From positions 7,100 to 71,099 of the forward strand of contig CALXRI010000003.1 in the NCBI GenBank assembly GCA_944390795.1: a stretch of 64,000 nt of DNA. Direction: 5' to 3'. The translations under genes and the position numbers were made by a program. The DNA comes from an uncultured Victivallales bacterium. Its GTDB lineage: Bacteria; Verrucomicrobiota; Lentisphaeria; Victivallales; UBA1829. The notes below the pieces were generated by a model. It did not search any database, was not told the DNA's origin, and saw only the letters and a program-made list of their open reading frames with translations. Shown here one piece after another: positions 29,104 through 37,200 of the stretch. Positions within the stretch are counted from its first letter, which is position 1. The number at the start of each line of letters is the position of its first letter.

Positions 29104-29669
29104 AACGGACGTTTTTCCTGCTTTGCGCGGGATTACCCCTTTTCCTTCTGTCCGCGGCGCCGGAGGAGGAGCAGTATGGCGCAAGAATTTATTTCATGCA
29201 GGATGCTTTCGAACAGGGCAACTACCGGGATTATTTCCAGAAGGCGTTTGCCGGATCCCTCGTCCGCAACTGCGAGGGGAGGAAAGGCACCTTCGCCAAA
29301 GTGACATACGGAGACTCCAGGCCGTTCCGCGTGACGCCGGGAAAACGCTACCGCCTGAGCTTCGACGTTTTCAATCTGGGGGCGAAAGACCTGAAAAACC
29401 ACAATCCCGCGGGGGGAAAAGCGCCATTTCCGTTTTCGTTTCAGTTTCTGGACGACTCCTGGGGTGTGGTCCGCTCCGTAAAAGGAAAGGACATTCCGGG
29501 AGCGACCCTTTCCGAACCTCCGCCTGCCGCATGGTGCGCCCGTTCCTTTGTCTTCGATGCGCCTCCGAAGGCGGCGATGTTCACGTTTCACATCGTCAGC
29601 GCATGGAAAAACAACTGGGGTCCTTATCTGATTGCCAATGTGGAACTTACTGAAATCAAGGAGAAATAA
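29100..29669 (+). CDS. Secreted hypothetical protein with one CBM/jelly-roll-like module
   Basis: 189 aa with a signal peptide (MKRTFFLLCAGLPLFLLSA). TPGKRYRLSF and LIANVELTEI motifs parallel the upstream gene. ATGA overlap with it. Confidence 0.6.
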   Translation: MKRTFFLLCAGLPLFLLSAAPEEEQYGARIYFMQDAFEQGNYRDYFQKAFAGSLVRNCEGRKGTFAKVTYGDSRPFRVTPGKRYRLSFDVFNLGAKDLKNHNPAGGKAPFPFSFQFLDDSWGVVRSVKGKDIPGATLSEPPPAAWCARSFVFDAPPKAAMFTFHIVSAWKNNWGPYLIANVELTEIKEK

Positions 29670-31919
29670 ATGCGTGTCCTTGCACTGCTGCTTTGCATTT
29701 TCTGCGCCGCTGCGTCCGCGGAAGATATTTTCATCGTGAAGGACGGAAAAGCGTCCTCGGTCATCGTTCTTCCGGAAAAAGCGGGATTGACGGAGGAGTT
29801 TGCCGCGGAGCAGCTCTCCTACTGGGTCCGCGAAATCACCGGAACTCCGCTTGAAATTGTCCGCAAACCCTCTCCGGACCGGACCGGCATCCATATCGGC
29901 CGCGCCTTTGCGGAGGGAAAATTCGCCGGCGATCTCCGCTTTCTGGAGGATTCGGAAGGCTTTGCGGTCCGTTCGGACGGAAAAAGTCTGTATCTCTTCG
30001 GCGCCCGTCCGGTCGGGAGCGTATTCGCCGTTTATGATCTTCTGGAAAAGAACACCGACATCATCTGGCCCAGCCTCGTCGAGGGCATGGACCGGGTTTT
30101 CACTCCAGTAAAAAATCTGAAGGCGGGGAAAAGCGATTACCGGGAGAAACCGGCCTTCCGGGAGCGCGCCTGGGGAATCAACAACGGATATTATTACAAT
30201 CATCCCCGGACGGAGTATTTCTGTCTGCGCCTGAAAACAAACGGCGCGAACGCTCCGGAAGCACCGAGAAGGCGCTTCGGTTTTTCCGACGACGATTACA
30301 ACTGCCACAATCTCTGGCGCTATCTTCCATGGGAAAAATATGCCGCGGAACACCCGGAATACTACTGTCTGGTCGACGGGAAACGGGTGAAACCCGGCTA
30401 TCAGGCCAATCTCTGTTTCAGCGCCCCGGGCGGCGCCGAAGAGTTCGCGCGGAATTTCATGCGGGACCGCATTGAGTCCGGACTGCGCTGCGGAATTGCC
30501 GGAATCGGCGTGGAGGACACCAACATCACCTGCTCCTGCAAAACCTGCATGGAGCCGATCCGGCTTCCGGACGGAAAACTTCTTGCATACAAGGAGGATG
30601 AGAAGAAGTTTCTTTCCGCCCGGTATTACCTGTGGCTGAACCGTGTCGCCCGGGAGGTCCGGAAAAAATATCCGGATTTCAGGATCGCCACCATCGCCTA
30701 TATGTTCGCCACCACTCCGCCGCCGGTTGCCATCGAAGACAACATCGTCATTGTCTTCTGTCCCATCGGGAAGAACATGAAGCAGGATTTCAACGGCTCC
30801 ACCAACCGTTCCGTTCTGGAAACTCTCCGGGAGTGGAACCGTCTCTGCTCCTCCTTTGCCGTCTATGAATATTACGGCTGCGCGGCGGATTATCCGCGCC
30901 CGGTGAGCTACGTGATCCGGAAGGATCTCCAGATCATGCGGAAGATGAAGATCTTCAGAATTTATTCGGAGTGGATCCACAAGAACAATGCCGAATATCT
31001 GTCCGCCATGGAGTTCTGGGTGACATGCAGACTGCTCTGGAATCCCGATCTGGATGTGGATGCGCTCCGGGAGGAGTATCTGCAAAAGACCTTCCGCGGC
31101 GCGGCGGGGGAGATGAAGAAGTTTTTCGACATCGTGAGAGACACCTGGTTCGCGGACGGGGCGTCCAGCTACTACTATGACAATGCCGTGAAATCCACCG
31201 CCTACTATCTGCTGCAGGACCGGAAGAACGAGCGGGCCTGCCGGGCCGCCTTGCAGAACGCCGTGGCAAAGGCGGATCATCCGGTCTCGAAACGCTTCGC
31301 CTCCAAAATTCTGGAGATTTTCGAGTCTTATGTGAAGCAGGCCGAAAAGACCATGGTCAAGTCGGAAACCCTGACGGTGCCGCTGATCCGGGATGCGTCG
31401 CTTGCTTCGATGGAGGGAGGCGCGTGGGCAAATGCCGCCGAGGTCACCGATTTCTTCAATCTCATGGCTCCGAAACAGAAGACCGGCGTTCCGGTTTCCG
31501 TCCGGATTGCGCATGACGGAAAGGCGCTGTTCTTCAAATTCCATGCCGAAGGTGTGACTTTCCCGCTGAAAAATCCCGCAAGCATGTTCTCCCGGGAACA
31601 CTGGGAAATCTTTCTCCAGACGGACGCCTCCAACCCCTCGGTTCCCTACTATCACATGGCATTCGACACGGACGGGCGGAAATACAATGCGATTGCCTTC
31701 GGCATCAAGTGGAGCCACCCCTGGAAGGTTTCCGTCCGGAAGAACGAAAGCTCCTGGGATGCGCTCGTGACGGTTCCGACGGAGGGACTGAATCTCCGCA
31801 ACGCTTCCGCGAAACTGCATTTCCTGCACCATTCCTTCCAAAACAAGGTCAACGGAGTCTGGAACGGCGGTCAGGTTCATGATCCCGGCAGCATGACGAA
31901 AATCATACTTGGAAAATGA
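29670..31919 (+). CDS. DUF4838 domain protein (GH20-like fold glycoside hydrolase candidate) with a CBM9-like C-terminus
   Basis: 749 aa with a signal peptide. N-terminal IVLPEKAGLTEEFAAEQLSYWVREITG...FAVR..GKSLYLFGARPVGSVFAVYDLLEK, as in DUF4838 proteins. Starts 1 nt after the previous stop. Confidence 0.65.
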   Translation: MRVLALLLCIFCAAASAEDIFIVKDGKASSVIVLPEKAGLTEEFAAEQLSYWVREITGTPLEIVRKPSPDRTGIHIGRAFAEGKFAGDLRFLEDSEGFAVRSDGKSLYLFGARPVGSVFAVYDLLEKNTDIIWPSLVEGMDRVFTPVKNLKAGKSDYREKPAFRERAWGINNGYYYNHPRTEYFCLRLKTNGANAPEAPRRRFGFSDDDYNCHNLWRYLPWEKYAAEHPEYYCLVDGKRVKPGYQANLCFSAPGGAEEFARNFMRDRIESGLRCGIAGIGVEDTNITCSCKTCMEPIRLPDGKLLAYKEDEKKFLSARYYLWLNRVAREVRKKYPDFRIATIAYMFATTPPPVAIEDNIVIVFCPIGKNMKQDFNGSTNRSVLETLREWNRLCSSFAVYEYYGCAADYPRPVSYVIRKDLQIMRKMKIFRIYSEWIHKNNAEYLSAMEFWVTCRLLWNPDLDVDALREEYLQKTFRGAAGEMKKFFDIVRDTWFADGASSYYYDNAVKSTAYYLLQDRKNERACRAALQNAVAKADHPVSKRFASKILEIFESYVKQAEKTMVKSETLTVPLIRDASLASMEGGAWANAAEVTDFFNLMAPKQKTGVPVSVRIAHDGKALFFKFHAEGVTFPLKNPASMFSREHWEIFLQTDASNPSVPYYHMAFDTDGRKYNAIAFGIKWSHPWKVSVRKNESSWDALVTVPTEGLNLRNASAKLHFLHHSFQNKVNGVWNGGQVHDPGSMTKIILGK

Positions 31920-31932
31920 AAGGGTGAATTCA

Positions 31933-33186
31933 ATGGACATTCAGCCTGACATCGGCGGCTTCATGCGCGACCGCTTCGGCATGTTCCTGCACTGGGGATG
32001 CTATTCGCAGCTCGGCAAAGGGGAGTGGAACATGTTTTTCGAGAGAACCCCCGTGGAGGAATATGCGAAACTCGCCGCGACTTTCGATCCGCGCGCCTTC
32101 AATCCGCGGGAGTGGGCGCGGACTGCGAAGGCTGCGGGAATGCGCTACATGGTGCTGACGGCAAGGCATCATGACGGCTTCTGCCTGTTCGACAGCCGTG
32201 TTTCGGACTTCACGTCCGTGAAATGTTCTCCCGGACACAGGGATTATGTCGCGGAATATGTGGAGGCATGCCGCGGGGAGGGCCTGAAAGTCGGGCTCTA
32301 TTATTCCGAAATGGACTGGCGCTTCCCGGGCTATTTTCACTATCGGACGGATCTGAAAAGCGCCGAGGCCATGCGAAGGCAGTGCCATGAACAGGTGATT
32401 GAGCTGATGAGCAACTATGGCAGAATCGACATCCTCTGGTATGACGGACTCTGGCTGGCGCATGATCCGAAAACGGATGCCGAGATTTCTCCCGCCTTCT
32501 GGCAGGGGAGGGCGCTGAACGGGCGGGTTCGCCGCCTCCAGCCTCAGATCGTCATCAACAACCGACTTGGGGATCCGGCGGATTTCGACACGCCGGAAGG
32601 ACGGATTGCGCCTCCGGCGGATCCCCGGCGTCCCTGGGAATGCTGCAAGACAATGACGCACGGATGGGGATATTACGGGGGTACCCCGGACGTGTTTGCC
32701 CGATCCGCCGCGGAGGTTCTCAAAGATCTGATCGACTGCGTGTCGCAGGGCGGAAATTATCTCGTGAACATCGGCGTCGCTCCGGATGGAAGTCTGCCCG
32801 TCGAGGCGGTGCGGACCCTGCACGAAGTCGGAGAATGGATGGCGGTGAACGGCGAATCCATCTACGGAGCGTCCTCCATTGATTTCCAGAAGGATCATTA
32901 TGCATGGACGCGCAGAGGGGATGTTTATTACTATCATATGTATTCCTATCCGCTGGACGGACGGAAGGTGTTTCCCCTGATGGATGCCAAGGTCAGAGAC
33001 GTTTCCATTCTGGGATCGGATCATGTTCCCCGGGTGGAATATGCGTCGAACGGGCGTCTTGTCATTGCTGATCTGCCGTCTTCGCCGCCGATTCCTCCTT
33101 TTCTGACCTTGCGGATCGAATTTGAATCCGAACCTCGGAAACGGGAGGAAAAAGATCCCGGCGCCTGGCTGACCGGACGGGCGTGA
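31933..33186 (+). CDS. Alpha-L-fucosidase (GH29)
   Basis: ATG 31933 (the track ORF begins at TTG 31909). FGMFLHWGCYS, AGMRYMVLTARHHDGFCLFDS and ILWYDG motifs typical of GH29. No obvious signal peptide. Confidence 0.9.
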   Translation: MDIQPDIGGFMRDRFGMFLHWGCYSQLGKGEWNMFFERTPVEEYAKLAATFDPRAFNPREWARTAKAAGMRYMVLTARHHDGFCLFDSRVSDFTSVKCSPGHRDYVAEYVEACRGEGLKVGLYYSEMDWRFPGYFHYRTDLKSAEAMRRQCHEQVIELMSNYGRIDILWYDGLWLAHDPKTDAEISPAFWQGRALNGRVRRLQPQIVINNRLGDPADFDTPEGRIAPPADPRRPWECCKTMTHGWGYYGGTPDVFARSAAEVLKDLIDCVSQGGNYLVNIGVAPDGSLPVEAVRTLHEVGEWMAVNGESIYGASSIDFQKDHYAWTRRGDVYYYHMYSYPLDGRKVFPLMDAKVRDVSILGSDHVPRVEYASNGRLVIADLPSSPPIPPFLTLRIEFESEPRKREEKDPGAWLTGRA

Positions 33187-33264
33187 TTCCGGTTTGTCCG
33201 GCGGCGTCGGGATTCCATGGAGATCCGGGGGATTGCCGGGAGATGGATTGCTGCTGGCGCGAGC

Positions 33265-33304
33265 GCGGCTGCGTGGATGAGGAAGGCAGCCGCTGATGTT
33301 TTCG
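33265..33304 (+). terminator. Terminator-like hairpin after the GH29 gene
   Basis: GCGGCTGC (33265-72) pairs with GCAGCCGC (33286-93), with a 13-nt loop. It is followed by tgatgTTTTc; the U-tract is short and offset. Confidence 0.35.
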
Positions 33305-33316
33305 CAGACGGGACTT

Positions 33317-33841
33317 TCAGCGTCGGATCCAGGGTGTCCGGCGGGGAAGAAAGCGCGGCACGTTGCGGCAGTATTCCTCGTATTCGGCACCGAAGCGTTT
33401 GCGCAGTCCCGGTTCTTCGGAGAGAGGGAAATAGACGGCGTTGAGAAGGACGAAGAATCCGAACCAGAGAGCAATCGCTTCGGATTGTGCGGCAATCGCC
33501 TCCGCGAGAAGAATCAGGAACACCCCTGAAAGCATGGGATTGCGGACATAAGCATAAGGACCGCTGACTATCAGCCTTTTCGTCGGATCCCACGGCGCAA
33601 GCGTTCCCTTTCCGACATGCATGAAAAGGCGGATTGTCCAGATCAGCAGTCCGAGTCCGGCCGCACCGATGGGAATTGCAATGACAAGCGGCCACGCCTT
33701 CCAGTTCGTTTTCGGCCAGGTCAGTGCGCCCCATAAAAACAAGGGAATCAGAACCGTTGCGGAGAAAGGCAATATGAGAATTGCCCGGATATGCCGCATC
33801 TGCCATTTCATTGTGTCCGTCATAAAGTTTTTCTCCGTCAT
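33317..33841 (-). CDS. Isoprenylcysteine carboxyl methyltransferase (ICMT/PEMT) family membrane protein
   Basis: 174 aa, polytopic. GPYAYVRNPMLSG...EEPGLRKRFGAEYEEYCRNVPRF signature. Confidence 0.8.
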   Translation of the reverse strand: MTEKNFMTDTMKWQMRHIRAILILPFSATVLIPLFLWGALTWPKTNWKAWPLVIAIPIGAAGLGLLIWTIRLFMHVGKGTLAPWDPTKRLIVSGPYAYVRNPMLSGVFLILLAEAIAAQSEAIALWFGFFVLLNAVYFPLSEEPGLRKRFGAEYEEYCRNVPRFLPRRTPWIRR

Positions 33842-34173
33842 CCCGGAATACGAGCGCTCACTGGCGATTGGACATTACAATAACTTCGGTTTTCAGATTT
33901 TGCAATTCAAGTTCCGGAGATCGTTTTGCGCAAATGCCTGGATGGAAACCCGTTTTTTCCGAGTCCGGACAAGGTGTTCCGCCGCGGACGGCACACGTTG
34001 CGCTGTCAGGAAGCGTTCTTGTTCTTTCGGAGCAAATGCCCTTCCGGTCTTCTCTCAGATTCCGAAAACGGCTTTACGCCTTCTCAGAGACCGTCATGCC
34101 AGTCATTTGTCCGAATCGCCGGACCGCCGCGGACGGAATGCGCAGACGCGGCAAATATCGGAGAAAACTCTGT

Positions 34174-34198
34174 CATGCGGCATTTTTCCTGCCGCATG
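34174..34198 (-). terminator. Hairpin downstream of the giant GH gene (possible terminator)
   Basis: CATGCGGCA (34174-82) pairs with TGCCGCATG (34190-98), with a 7-nt loop. In the minus sense it is followed by acagaGTTTTCT. Confidence 0.4.
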
Positions 34199-34221
34199 GC
34201 AGCATGTTTTTCCGGAGCGTC

Positions 34222-37200
34222 TCATCTCAGGACAAAGGCTTTTTCCGCAGTGACGCCGCTGTTGACATTGACAACGCGGAGCGTCCATTTCCCCGCGGGA
34301 TCATTGCATGCCGTCTGCATGGAGATTTCCCCTTTTCCCGTATCGGAGAAGACATTGCGTCTGTACATCGCAGGAGATTTCCCGTCCGGGCGGATCAGGG
34401 AGATATGGAAGGTCTGAGCTCCCGGGGCTCCTTTTTCCGCAACAGCACGGAAGCCGATCTTCATTCCGCTGCCGGGCTTCACGGCTGCGGGAGAGTCGAT
34501 TTCCAGGCCTGTGATCCTCTCCTGCAGAATCGCATAGAGATATCCCCATGCGGGAACCAGTTTCAGGCGGATTTCATCGCCGCTTCCCAGGTATTTTTTC
34601 TCCCGGACATTGTAAATGTGCCCCTTGACCGGCAGTTTTACAACGACATCCTCTCCGCTGTTCATGTCGAAGGTGTTGCCGTCCTCCGTGAATTTCAGCA
34701 GTCCGAAAATGTAGTTGTTTCCGGTATTCCGCAGCATGGTCTGACAGGGATAATCCCGACTGTTTCCGGCAAGTGTGACTTTGCAGCGGATGCGGACATC
34801 GCTTCCGGTCAGAAGACCGCCGATCAGACGCCGCAGATTCCCGCAGAATTCCTCTGCTCCGGAGATTTGCGTGGCACGTTCACCGCCGACGCCTGTCAGA
34901 AGGACAGCCTGATATCCGTTGAGCATCATGTTCATCAGTATGGCTTTCCCTTTGCCGGTATGCCTGACGTTCATGACGGGAAGTTCGCCGCTTCCAATTC
35001 GGAAGGAGCCTTTGATTCCGGGAATTCCGGACTCCGGAACAGCTTTGAGTGTCAGGTCTTTTCCTGTCAGCGCCGGAGCCGCGTCCGTGGACGCGATTCC
35101 GAACAGACGGGCAAGGCGTGCATTGTTTCCGCGTTTCCCGTGTTCATCAAAGGAGCCTGTCAGAAAATCCGCGATCACGGTTCCGCCGTTTTTCACAAAC
35201 AGTTCGATCTTTTCCGTCTGCTCCGGGGAAATCGCCAGCGCGCAGGGGAGGATCAGCACTTTGTATTTTCCGTTGTCCAGGCCCTCCGTCAGCATTTCAC
35301 TGGAGACGAAACGGCAGTTGACATGCAGGTCTTCCAGCAGTGCATTCCAGGCGGAATAGGCGTTCTGCCATTCGCTGATCCCGATTGTCCCCAGCGCGGC
35401 GAAAAGGGAGGGCTGGGAATACAGCACGGCGACATTCTCAGCCGCGGGAGGAGAAGTCAGCACCATTTTCGCGATGCCCTGTTTCATTTCACGGAATACG
35501 CGGCTGTAGACTTCAATGTTCGAATTCAGGGAAAGATCTCCGTTGATTGTGCTTCCGCAGGCATACGCCGCCGCCATGTTCGCACCCCGGAGCAGATCGC
35601 GCCAGAGAATTGCATTCTGATACTGATTCCTGCGGATGGAAGGGTTGACGTAACCGCAGCCCCACTGTCCTTTGATCAGGTTTTCCCCTCCGAAATCATG
35701 CACGAGTTTGATCTGGACTCCGCCGTAGTAGGCGATGAAATTGATTTCCTTCATCAGCTGCGCCCAGTCATAGGTGTAGCCCGGCGGCTGGGTGCCGGAA
35801 ATCCCGCAGCGCACGTTCGGGACAATCCGATTGAGCGCATGCCGGATGAACCCGATGTTCTGATGTGCAAAAACCCCCGCCATGAACACCTTGTGATCCA
35901 GCCACCGGGAAAGATTGTTTTTGTTTTTCAGCTCGCTGAGCTGGCACGGGATCACGTCGTTCCAGGTCCGGAAGGAGCTTTCCCATTCCCTGTTGAGCGC
36001 GTCGAGGGAAGGATACTGTTTTTTCAAACTCTCCCGGAATGCTTTCAGGCAGTGTTCCGAATAGCAGACCGTGCTTCCGAGAAACATTTCGTCTCCAAGG
36101 AAAAAGTGCTTCAGCTGAAAATATTTCCAGTTCTGTTTCCTGGACTGTTCCAGGAAGGATGCCTGAATTTTCCGGTGCCGGGCAGGGTCGGAATAACATG
36201 GATTCCGTACCGGGTCCGTCGGCTTGTCTCCGCGGTAAATCGACTGGAATCCGCTATCATGTCCGCAACCGATGGACAGGGAAGCGAGATTGAGGTTGGA
36301 ATGGGCGCGCTGTGTTATTCCCGCCTGAAAGTATCCGGTGGAGAGCAGGTCGAATCCCAGTTCCTTCAGGATCGGCGTCATTTCCGGTCGTCCGTGCCAG
36401 ACCATGGCTGTCAGGTCCCTGGGGTCGAAATCCTGCCCGGTCAGGGCGAACTCTCCGTGCTGCATTGACACAACACGTTTTCCTGCGATCTGATCGATCA
36501 TGATCCGGTAAAGTTTTGTATAGGGCGCCTGAAGTGTGACGGAACAGGAATTGACTGTCTCCGTCCGGCGCGTTTCCTCGTGAACAATCCGGAAATCCGT
36601 GTCCTCGATCCGGATTTTCAGTCTGCTGCCGGGAACCGGGGTCGGGACATGAATGGAAAAGGAGATCTGCGGAGTTGCATAAATCCTGTCCGCATTGACG
36701 AAGTCCAGACGGATCGGAGAGGTGTCCGGAAGATCCACGCGGGTGGCTCCCGCGTCAAAGACCCTGTTTCCGGAATTGAGCAGACGGTATTCCGCCACCA
36801 TGGTTCCTCCGGGCAGTTCCGGCATGGGAATCCTCAGATTCTGCATGCCGCCCTTGAGCGCGACTTTCCGACGGGTCTGCCCGATGTTCCGGCGGTGCAG
36901 ATCCTTGTAAACGACTTCCATCTCCGCCGCCGTGTCCGTCTCCGCGCGGATCTGGAAGTGCAGCGATTTTTCATCCGCCGTGCATTTCCTGATTTCCGCT
37001 CCTGTTTTCGTTCCGGCGAGCCAGCGCAGCGCCTTCATCATGGGCAGATACGTGTATTCCCAGTAGGGGAAGTCACGGCTGACATAGGCGGGAACGAGTT
37101 CCCCTTTCTGTTCCGGAAGGGAGAAGGGCAGGAGCCGGGCATAGTAATAAAAATTGTCTTTGCTGAACTGCAGGACAGCCGCTTTTCTGTTCCCGTTCCG

